From contig CAZOFO010000013.1 in assembly GCA_964579265.1 (NCBI GenBank), positions 1-15,410 of the forward strand: a stretch of DNA of 15,410 nucleotides. Direction: 5' to 3'. A program made the translations under genes and the position numbers. Positions 1 to 7,458 of the stretch are shown here, in pieces (position 1 is the stretch's first letter; every line of letters begins with the position of its first letter). Source of the DNA: Candidatus Micrarchaeota archaeon. Lineage in GTDB: Archaea; B1Sed10-29. The notes under the pieces were generated by a model that ran no database searches, was not told the DNA's origin, and saw only the letters and a list, made by a program, of their open reading frames with translations.

Positions 1-79
1 GGTTGCTTTGGTCATAAGAGATTTAAGCCGTTTTTTCTACTCCCGTGAGTTAATTGGAGTTGATTGTAGAAGTAACAGT

Positions 80-114
80 AAAAAATTCAGAGGGTTCTCT
101 TACCTGAACCCTCT
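80..114 (-). terminator. Hairpin plus T-tract, putative terminator downstream of the 210..1745 gene
   Basis: Perfect 9-bp inverted repeat AGAGGGTTC (89-97)/GAACCCTCT (106-114) with an 8-nt loop, followed on the minus strand by GAATTTTTT (A-run at 80-85 on +). Confidence 0.55.
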
Positions 115-209
115 ACTCCCCCTCTCTCCATTCTTACTCGCAGTATAATGCATTGCTATGCCTAGCTCGATTATCTCTTCTACTGCCGAGTATTAACGTG
201 GATAATTCA

Positions 210-1745
210 CTATGTCTCTATACCATACTTGTCTCTTAGATCAATCCATTTGTTATATTCTTGTGGGGGTAGTATTCCTCCTCTTTCCTCTGATAGTTCA
301 TTTAGTCTTTTCCATTCTTCAGCATCTTCATATTCTTCTGAGATGCTTTCGAATGAGGTTCCGTTGCTGATGTGTATTATATTGGGTTCTGATTCTAATT
401 CTCCTACTCCTACGTATTCTCCATCATCGTAGGTAGGTATGGTTGGAGCTGTGGATTCAATAAAGCAGTAAGTCGTGTTTTCATGTTCATATCCTCCGTA
501 TTGAGATGGACACTTTACTCCAACGGACATGTGGTTTTCCTCTTCGTAGCGGAGCAGTGATGTTCCGTATCCTATCTCTCTTATCAGGAATGCTAGTAAC
601 CGTGATTTTTCACCACATAGTCCTTTGTTATCATATATAACTTCATATGGGTATCTATTGGTTCCCATTACAACTACTGAGTGGTCGTAGGGTATTTTTT
701 GGGTGAGGCTTATTGCTATTCTGGCCTGATCGTCCTTGTTTTCAGTCTCCTGCTGTATCTTTTCAGCCAGGCCTTTGAGCTGTTCTTCCTGTTTTTCGTG
801 GTCAATAAATCTTAGCTGTATTTCTCTATCTGTAGGGCATTCCGGATCGCATGTGTACCATCTGGAGATGTTGGAGAGGTGTTCAGCGAGCTCTTTGTAT
901 ACTTCGAAGGAAATCTGTTCTTCTTCTCCTCTCAATGTATAGTCTAGGGTTCTATTGGTAGAGTTTAAGAGATATATAGATACGCAGGTATCGTTTTTTA
1001 GAGTGGTTTCTTCAGGACATCCACATAGAGAAGGTTTTTCTATGAGTGAGCCATTTTCACAGTATAGAGGCTTTTCAGTGGAACATTTGCCGTATCTTGT
1101 TCCGTCTTCACATCTCTTTATCTCCTGGCACTCACCATCTTTTAATTCGTGGTCCGGAGGGCATCCGCAGATCTCTGGTCTTTCTATCAGAGTACCGTTC
1201 TTACAGTAATATGGTTTGTCACTGGAACATTCTCCATAGACCGCTCCGTCTTCACATCTTTCTACCTCATCTGTGGTCGTTATTTCGGCTCCTGGGTGGT
1301 AGAAGAAGTAAAGTAAGGCTCCTAGGGCAATAGCAGCCATTAGTATAATTATGAGAGGGGAAGGACCTTTTTCAGTTTTTTCTCCCTTGTATGAGCTGGT
1401 GCTTCTACTTGGAGTTGCAGTTGCTTTTCTCTCTTCTCTCTGCTTTTTAGTTTTATCAAGAGCTTTTTTAAAGGATTTGCCTTTTTCTTTATCTTTTCTC
1501 TGTTTTCTCCACTCTCTACCATAGGGTACGCAGGGGTGTCCGTCCTCTCTCCATTTTTCCATGAACTCTAGATCTTCCTTGCTGGTGCTTTTGAACTTCG
1601 GTGTTCCAGGTGGCTTGGGGTTCAGGTGTTCTTTGCAGTAGTATTCCCCGCAGTGATCGCATCTCTCCAACTCTCCCTTGTAATCACACTGGTGGTAACT
1701 GCATCTTCCTTCCTTTTTCTCAGGTTTTCCTTCTTCCCCCTCCAA
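210..1745 (-). CDS. Membrane-anchored transglutaminase-like (Cys-His-Glu) protein with N-terminal AN1-like Zn finger and two Cys-rich repeats
   Basis: Numbering from the 1778 start: C26-C31-C40-C43-C48-H51...H81-x-C83; one TM (PLIIILMAAIALGALLYFFY); two CEDGxxYGxCSxxKPxYCxNGxLIExPxxCGCP repeats; IPYD...RYPYEVIYDNKGLC(388)GEKS...NH(416)MSVGV...FIE(441)ST. Start placed at TTG 1745 because GAGGTGA lies 4 nt upstream; the ORF track uses 1778. Confidence 0.8.
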   Translation of the reverse strand: MEGEEGKPEKKEGRCSYHQCDYKGELERCDHCGEYYCKEHLNPKPPGTPKFKSTSKEDLEFMEKWREDGHPCVPYGREWRKQRKDKEKGKSFKKALDKTKKQREERKATATPSRSTSSYKGEKTEKGPSPLIIILMAAIALGALLYFFYHPGAEITTTDEVERCEDGAVYGECSSDKPYYCKNGTLIERPEICGCPPDHELKDGECQEIKRCEDGTRYGKCSTEKPLYCENGSLIEKPSLCGCPEETTLKNDTCVSIYLLNSTNRTLDYTLRGEEEQISFEVYKELAEHLSNISRWYTCDPECPTDREIQLRFIDHEKQEEQLKGLAEKIQQETENKDDQARIAISLTQKIPYDHSVVVMGTNRYPYEVIYDNKGLCGEKSRLLAFLIREIGYGTSLLRYEEENHMSVGVKCPSQYGGYEHENTTYCFIESTAPTIPTYDDGEYVGVGELESEPNIIHISNGTSFESISEEYEDAEEWKRLNELSEERGGILPPQEYNKWIDLRDKYGIET

Positions 1746-1778
1746 GAGCTCACCTCTGATAGAATTTTGTATCTCCAA

Positions 1779-1877
1779 GTATATTTAGATTAAAGCCTCC
1801 ACACTTTAATTTCTTTAAACATCTCTCAAGAGTAAAGATATAAATCATTAGAAAAACATATTAACATAGGTGGATGG
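1779..1877. promoter_or_regulatory. Divergent promoter region
   Basis: AT-rich gap between head-to-head genes. Plus-strand TATAAAT at 1839-1845 is preceded by purine-rich AGTAAAGA (BRE-like), and AGGTGG precedes ATG 1878. Confidence 0.5.
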
Positions 1878-2375
1878 ATGGAAAAAAAGAAAATAACCTC
1901 AATCTTTCTGATAACAATAGTTCTCTTCGGTTTAATCACACTCACAGGATGTATAGGACCATTCGCAGAAGAAGAACCAGACGGCGAAGAAACAGAAAAC
2001 GGAATACCAGATGAAGAAGATGAGATAGAGTACTACTACTATGAAGACCATAAAATACTTTCTCTAAGAGAAGGAGCAGAAACAGCACAAACAGCATTCA
2101 CCGTAGGAGAATGCAACCTAAACGAAGCTGAAACCCCAAGTAATGCCAGTGCAAGAATAGTAAATACTGGTGGAGTAAATATAGGGTCCGATAGAATGGT
2201 AACAGTATACTCAGAAGGAGAACACAGAGGAAACATATCATTCGATTTAGGATTAGAAGCTGGTGAAGAAGCATACGTAGATCTAGTATCAACAGATGAA
2301 GACCACTTTACATCCGGTACGCAGTACACTGTTGTTGACGGTGACTTCCCAGATATAACATTCCACTGCAACTAG
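1878..2375 (+). CDS. Acidic lipoprotein with C-terminal beta-sandwich-like domain
   Basis: MEKKK, a hydrophobic h-region and lipobox LTG-C; Glu/Asp-rich linker; C-terminal VNTGG..I...VTVY..G....LEAGE pattern typical of CARDB/pilin-like beta domains. Confidence 0.7.
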   Translation: MEKKKITSIFLITIVLFGLITLTGCIGPFAEEEPDGEETENGIPDEEDEIEYYYYEDHKILSLREGAETAQTAFTVGECNLNEAETPSNASARIVNTGGVNIGSDRMVTVYSEGEHRGNISFDLGLEAGEEAYVDLVSTDEDHFTSGTQYTVVDGDFPDITFHCN

Positions 2376-2391
2376 AAAAATACGGATAAAA

Positions 2392-4437
2392 ATGAGTCTA
2401 AAAGAGATATATTACAACCTAGAAGATAAATGGTTCGAAATGATCGACTTCCTTGACAGAAAAGGAATACCATCGTACAAAGCAGTGGATCCCCTGGAAA
2501 TGAGAGGCATACCAAGCCTACCAGTATACCTAATTATCTTTATTTTACTACTTGGATTCGCAGTACCAGGACTAGTGGGAATGATACAAACAGAAGAAAC
2601 AACTAGAACCAGAACGACGGACCCAGTAAACGAAACAGATGAATACAAACTAATAATAGATATAGAAGGGGAAGGAATCACGGATCCAGAACCAGGAAAC
2701 CATACATACGAAGAAGAAGAAAACATCAAAATAACAGCGATACCTGATACAGACTGGTACTTCCAAGAATGGACAGGAGACCACAACGATACAAAATCAG
2801 AAATAGATATAACCATAGACCAGGATAAAAACATAACAGCTCATTTTAAAGAAAGAAAAATAGAAGAATATGAATTAAAAATTGATCTAGAAGGCCAAGG
2901 AAACACGGATCCAGAACCAGGACTACATACATACGAAGAAGGAGAACAAATAACGATCACAACCACTTCAGATGAAGACTGGAAACTAGAAGAATTCACA
3001 GGAGACTGCACCGGCGAAACATGCACACTAACAATGAACGAAGACAAAGAAATAACAGCGATATTCGATGAAAAAGACCCTCAAATAGATTACCATCACC
3101 TAACAGTAGAGATAGAAGGAGAAGGAAACACGTTCCCAGGACCAGGAACACACACCTATGAGAAAGGAGAAGAAGTCACAGTCACAACCTCGGCTGAAGA
3201 AAACTGGAAACTAGAAGAATTCACAGGAGACTGCACCGGCGAAACATGCACACTAACAATGAACGAAGACAAAGAAATAACAGTGAAATTTACAGAAGAT
3301 GAACCGGAATATTACAACCTAATAACCAATATTGAAGGAGAAGGGGATGTAGAAATAGATCCCGACCAAGATGAATACGAAGAAGATGAAGAAGTCACCG
3401 TAACAGCCATCCCCGATGAAGACTGGTACTTCCAAGAATGGACAGGAGACATACCAGAAGAACAGAAAGAACAAGAAGAAATCACACTAAACATGACAGA
3501 AAACAAAAACATAACAGCACACTTCACAGAAGAGACCCCAAAATACAGAGAACTTACAATTAACACAGAAGGAAACGGAGAAACAAATCCAGAACAAGGA
3601 ACACACGAATATACAGAGGGTACTGAAGTAGAAGTGGAGGCAACACCTGAAGAAGGATGGTACTTCCAAGAATGGACAGGCGACCATACAAGCACGGAAG
3701 AAGAAATCACGGTGACAATGGACGAAGACAAGGAAATAACAGCACACTTCCAGGAAGAAATAGAAAACTACACCCTAACAACCAACATAGATGGAGAAGG
3801 AGAAGTAGATGCAGAACCAGAACAAGACGAATACGAAGAAGGAACAGAAGTAACACTAACAGCACAACCAGACGAATACTGGGAATTCAATAAATGGACC
3901 GGAGACTTACCTGAAACAACCTACGAAAGAACAAATACTTTAGGTGAATGGCCCAGCTGTGATACAGACGACCAGGAAAACAGATATAGAACCGAATCAA
4001 GAACAGGCGGTCATGAAGACTGTTCCATATGCTCAACGGGAGAAACTACTTGGAGAGACGAATCATTTATTATAGAATCTTGCGAAGCAGAAGCAAAAGT
4101 TCCAGAAATTGAAGGTTCAGTATTAAGTAGCTATACATGCGAACCTATTACTATTTACGCAAAAGCAATAATAGAATGCATAACTGAGCCAGAAGAAGAA
4201 GATTCAGAGACAATAACCGTGACAATGGACGAAGATAAGGAAATAACAGCGAACTTCGAAATAGATGAAGATTTAAATTGTAATGAAGTATGTACTGACT
4301 GGGAAGATGAAACTTGCGGTGGAGGAGGATGTCATTATAACAAAATGCAACAAACAAGAGATTGTGAACATCAATACGAAGAAGTATGTAACGAAGAACG
4401 ATGTACAAGCCATGAATTATGTGAAGAAATAGAATAA
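2392..4437 (+). CDS. Membrane-anchored surface protein with six divergent InlB-B-like (Flg_new_2 type) repeats and a Cys-rich C-terminus
   Basis: N-terminal amphipathic segment plus TM; six ~72-77 aa repeats Y.L...EG.G...P....YEEG..V...A.P...W.F..WTGD....I...M..DK.ITA.F; C-terminal CTDW...CGGGGC...QQTRDC resembling thrombospondin type 1. Confidence 0.8.
   Translation: MSLKEIYYNLEDKWFEMIDFLDRKGIPSYKAVDPLEMRGIPSLPVYLIIFILLLGFAVPGLVGMIQTEETTRTRTTDPVNETDEYKLIIDIEGEGITDPEPGNHTYEEEENIKITAIPDTDWYFQEWTGDHNDTKSEIDITIDQDKNITAHFKERKIEEYELKIDLEGQGNTDPEPGLHTYEEGEQITITTTSDEDWKLEEFTGDCTGETCTLTMNEDKEITAIFDEKDPQIDYHHLTVEIEGEGNTFPGPGTHTYEKGEEVTVTTSAEENWKLEEFTGDCTGETCTLTMNEDKEITVKFTEDEPEYYNLITNIEGEGDVEIDPDQDEYEEDEEVTVTAIPDEDWYFQEWTGDIPEEQKEQEEITLNMTENKNITAHFTEETPKYRELTINTEGNGETNPEQGTHEYTEGTEVEVEATPEEGWYFQEWTGDHTSTEEEITVTMDEDKEITAHFQEEIENYTLTTNIDGEGEVDAEPEQDEYEEGTEVTLTAQPDEYWEFNKWTGDLPETTYERTNTLGEWPSCDTDDQENRYRTESRTGGHEDCSICSTGETTWRDESFIIESCEAEAKVPEIEGSVLSSYTCEPITIYAKAIIECITEPEEEDSETITVTMDEDKEITANFEIDEDLNCNEVCTDWEDETCGGGGCHYNKMQQTRDCEHQYEEVCNEERCTSHELCEEIE
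2978..3283 (+). repeat. Exact 81-bp direct repeat (2978-3058 and 3203-3283) inside the repeat-protein gene
   Basis: ACTGGAAACTAGAAGAATTCACAGGAGACTGCACCGGCGAAACATGCACACTAACAATGAACGAAGACAAAGAAATAACAG occurs twice, offset 225 nt (75 codons). Confidence 0.95.
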
Positions 4438-4481
4438 AACATCATAACCCATTACTCACTTCTTCACAACGGACTGATAAA

Positions 4482-5156
4482 ATGAAAGAAAAAAAGTACA
4501 GAAATAAAAAACAAGAACTAATGAAAAGAAAAGAAGAATTAAAAGACGAGATAAAGAAAAGAAGAGAAAAAGAAAAGAAAAAACAGAAACCTAATAGAGA
4601 AAAATCAAGAGAAAAAGACTTTATAGGAGAAAAATCTATAAAAGCAGAAACAGCAATGTTGAAACCTGAAAAAAAAGAAGAAAGCCACTTCGTACAGATA
4701 AGAGGATCAAAAGAATCCGAATACAAAGGAAAGAAGAAAGTAGTGGAAGAAGAAATAGAAAACGCCAAGGAGATATACAAAGAAGAAAAAGAATGGCTGA
4801 AAAAACACGAAGAAGAAATCATAGAACAATCAGCAGAAATAATAAAAGAACTAATGAAAAAAGGAGTGGAACACCGAGACCTACACGGAGGAAACATACT
4901 AGTGGAAAGAGTAAAAAAAGAAGGAGAAACCAAACCATACCTAAAAGTAGTTGACTTCGGAATGTCAGAACTTACAAGTAAGAAAGAAAACTACAACCCA
5001 ACAGCAGAAGTTGGAAGCATCTCAAGAACCCTAGCCAGATCCCTAACAACTGAAAAAACAGGCACAACCAGACAAGCAAGAGAAAACGAAAAACAAAGAG
5101 AAATCAGAAAAAAGATAGGTAAGAAACTGGAAAAAAAAGTAAAAAAAGAATTCTGA
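4482..5156 (+). CDS. Lys/Glu-rich protein with protein-kinase-like C-lobe motifs (degenerate or truncated RIO/Bud32-like kinase)
   Basis: GVEHRDLHGGNILV (HRD from 4872) and LKVVDFG (DFG 4953-4961); no intact GxGxxG or VAIK motif upstream. Confidence 0.7.
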   Translation: MKEKKYRNKKQELMKRKEELKDEIKKRREKEKKKQKPNREKSREKDFIGEKSIKAETAMLKPEKKEESHFVQIRGSKESEYKGKKKVVEEEIENAKEIYKEEKEWLKKHEEEIIEQSAEIIKELMKKGVEHRDLHGGNILVERVKKEGETKPYLKVVDFGMSELTSKKENYNPTAEVGSISRTLARSLTTEKTGTTRQARENEKQREIRKKIGKKLEKKVKKEF

Positions 5157-5273
5157 AACAAGAAAACAGCTTAAAGAACAATTATATACCTTTTTCTTAA
5201 ACCCCTACAAATACCTCGAACCACCTAAAACAAAAAACTTTATTTAAAGCAAAAACACTATTTAAATGATACA

Positions 5274-5840
5274 ATGAGAAAGGAAAAAAAGAAAGGGAAA
5301 AAACTAAAAAAAGTTCAAGAAAGAACAGAAAAAGATAAAATATCAAGAGACCACGCCAAAGAAATAATCAAAAGAGAGATTCCAAAAAGAAAAAAGAGAG
5401 AGAAGAAGCTACAGCAGATGAGAAAAAAAGTTAAAGAAGGAGAGATGAAACTGGGAGAATACATAGAAGAAAGAATAAAAGCATTAGATAACGAAGAAAT
5501 CTTAAAATACAACGCTATAACAAGTCTAGCTGAAAAAATAGGGAAAGAGACAAAGGAAGAAGAAACAGAATACATCAAAAGATACCTGGAGAGAAAAAAA
5601 GGAAAAAGAAGATATCCAGAAATAACTCAAAAAGTAGAAATGATAAAAGAACCTTGGGTAGGAAATCAAAAACCAAGATCAATGGAAAATCTAAATAAAA
5701 AAGAAAAAAAATTAATCAATCGAATAGATTCAATGTTCGGAACAGGTAAAAAAGAAGCTCTTGACATATTCAACGAATCCAGACAAAAAGCAGAACCCAT
5801 TTCAAAAATAATAAGAGAAAGAGAAAAGAAAAATAAGTAA
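5274..5840 (+). CDS. Basic Lys/Glu-rich hypothetical protein with a possible HhH-like motif
   Basis: 188-aa ORF with the A-rich codon usage of its neighbours; TTTATTTAAA about 30 nt upstream; IDSMFGTGKKEALDI at 5724-5768. Confidence 0.65.
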   Translation: MRKEKKKGKKLKKVQERTEKDKISRDHAKEIIKREIPKRKKREKKLQQMRKKVKEGEMKLGEYIEERIKALDNEEILKYNAITSLAEKIGKETKEEETEYIKRYLERKKGKRRYPEITQKVEMIKEPWVGNQKPRSMENLNKKEKKLINRIDSMFGTGKKEALDIFNESRQKAEPISKIIREREKKNK

Positions 5841-5851
5841 AAATGTAAAAC

Positions 5852-6001
5852 ATGAAAGATCCAAAAGAGGTGGATAGATTGTTGAAAAATAAAAATAAGA
5901 GTAAAAGATGCAATAACTGCGGCAAAGTAATAAGAGCAAAAACAGAAAAACAAGTAGATTTTCTGCTAAAACAGCACAAAGGCACTAAACACAATGAATA
6001 A
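5852..6001 (+). CDS. Small C2H2-type zinc-finger protein (absent from the ORF track)
   Basis: MKDPKEVDRLLKNKNKSKRCNNCGKVIRAKTEKQVDFLLKQHKGTKHNE*, i.e. C-x2-C-x18-H-x4-H. Alternative start TTG 5879 lies 6 nt after GAGGTG (5867-5872), giving 40 aa. Confidence 0.75.
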   Translation: MKDPKEVDRLLKNKNKSKRCNNCGKVIRAKTEKQVDFLLKQHKGTKHNE

Positions 6002-6070
6002 GGTTATACTGCCTTCTTATCTATTTTTCTTTCGTTTTCCCTAAACAAAGAGATCCTGACTTATCATTTT

Positions 6071-6520
6071 TTATTCCGTTTGTACCGGCTCTATCTCTAT
6101 ATGGCCTTTGAATGATCTGCATCGAACCCTATCTCCATTTATCCTTATCCCTATGTTCTTGGTGTAGGGAGTTCCATTTATCTCTAGGTGTTCGTAGGCC
6201 TCCCATTCCTCGGTAGGCATGCTTTTTTCCTCTGTGTATGGTACTGGCACTATCTTTTCTTTCCCTTGACTCTGGTTTATTTCCCGAAGTATCCTTTGAA
6301 AATCGCTCTTATCTTCAGGCCTACTGATATTATCCACTCCTATACTAGATCCATTCCCCATTACTTCTCTACAAATATTCTCCTCATCTTCCTCTATTAT
6401 AAAAGTATATTCTGTCTTCCCTGTTTCCTGTCGGATTGTTCCTATATACCCTACCACTATTAGTATCGCTGCGATTGCAGATATCGTTATCATTATCTCC
6501 TTATCGTTCATATTCCCCAT
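6071..6520 (-). CDS. Hypothetical protein with an N-terminal membrane anchor
   Basis: 149 aa; TM IMITISAIAAILIVVGYIG; two Cys in the soluble domain; AAGG before the ATG. Confidence 0.65.
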   Translation of the reverse strand: MGNMNDKEIMITISAIAAILIVVGYIGTIRQETGKTEYTFIIEEDEENICREVMGNGSSIGVDNISRPEDKSDFQRILREINQSQGKEKIVPVPYTEEKSMPTEEWEAYEHLEINGTPYTKNIGIRINGDRVRCRSFKGHIEIEPVQTE

Positions 6521-6541
6521 CCTTTTTTTAAGTAAGTATAA

Positions 6542-7048
6542 TCACTGATCTACGCCGTTATCTATCCTTTTCTTTATTATCTTATGAACTTCGTGCAGTT
6601 TTTTGAGATCAGCTTGATTGTAATTCAGAAGTTTCTTCATGGCTTTCCTGTTTCCTCTTTCACAGTACTCCTCCCATAACTTAGGTGCGTGTCCTCCCTT
6701 TAATCCGTCCAGCTCCTCTTCTCTTTCTATACCTAGTTTTTTCTCTATCTCTTTTAATCCGCCTTTCATACCTAATTTTGATTTCATCATGCAGACATCT
6801 ACATGTTCGAAGTCCTTCTGTATACCGTATTTTTTCTCTAGGAACGGTACATCGAATCTCTTTCCATTAAACGTTATCATCCTGTCGATTTTATCGATCT
6901 GTCTTTTCAATGAATCGGTTTTCAAGTCTCTATCTTTAACTAACTGTATCACGTTTTCTTTATCAGGATCGTAAAAACCTACTACTGTTACTTTGTCTCT
7001 CTTGAAACTTAGTCCCGTGGTCTCTATATCTAAATAAGCTTTCTTCAT
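6542..7048 (-). CDS. YprB-like RNase H-fold DEDD 3'-5' exonuclease (RNase_H_2)
   Basis: YLDIETTGL, ITFNGKRFDVPFL, HVD, GGLKEIEKKLGI.R, LLNYNQADL. ATG at 7048; the track uses TTG 7054. Confidence 0.9.
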   Translation of the reverse strand: MKKAYLDIETTGLSFKRDKVTVVGFYDPDKENVIQLVKDRDLKTDSLKRQIDKIDRMITFNGKRFDVPFLEKKYGIQKDFEHVDVCMMKSKLGMKGGLKEIEKKLGIEREEELDGLKGGHAPKLWEEYCERGNRKAMKKLLNYNQADLKKLHEVHKIIKKRIDNGVDQ

Positions 7049-7160
7049 TTTCAATCCTAGATTATTAAGTGATTGATATTTTATAAAATTCAGCTTGTGA
7101 GGGGAAAATCTTTTATTCTCAAAACTATTTAGAAAATACAGGTTTAGTGGAGGAACGAAA

Positions 7161-7403
7161 ATGAGCTTGAGAGAAAAACTGAACTCGGAGATTCAGGAGA
7201 TGAACTGGGTGGATCTGCTTTTCATAGAGCTTAGCGATATAACCCTAGGGATACTCATAGTGATACTTATACCTGGATTAATCGATCTGAATCCTCTATG
7301 GGTATTCACTGCGTTCGTTATTCTAGTTTCAGTGCCTCTGTACAGAGTGGTAAAGAGAAACAAAAATCAAGAGCAATCAAAAACAGATACAACTGAAGAG
7401 TAA
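7161..7403 (+). CDS. Small two-TM membrane protein
   Basis: 80 aa with two hydrophobic segments; GGAGG RBS upstream. Confidence 0.7.
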   Translation: MSLREKLNSEIQEMNWVDLLFIELSDITLGILIVILIPGLIDLNPLWVFTAFVILVSVPLYRVVKRNKNQEQSKTDTTEE

Positions 7404-7458
7404 AGACCCACCATCAATTTAAATGCTGAAAGCATTAATTCTAATAGAGAGGATAAGG

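Noticed and set aside
1..15. Possible minus-strand gene start ATGACCAAAGCAACC
   Set aside because: Only five codons are visible and there is no clear RBS, so it cannot be supported.
36..184. TCTACT recurring at 36, 112 and 179, reminiscent of a Cas12a-type repeat
   Set aside because: Shared identity is only 6-9 bp, spacing is uneven, and no cas genes are present; not a CRISPR array.
2978..3283. Repeat pair as a DGR template/variable region
   Set aside because: The copies are identical with no adenine-specific mismatches, both are in frame in one gene, and there is no reverse transcriptase in the window.
3916..4188. Insert in repeat 6 as an intein or intron
   Set aside because: No intein terminal motifs (C/S...HN), no evident bulge-helix-bulge, and it is an in-frame Cys-rich extracellular-type sequence.
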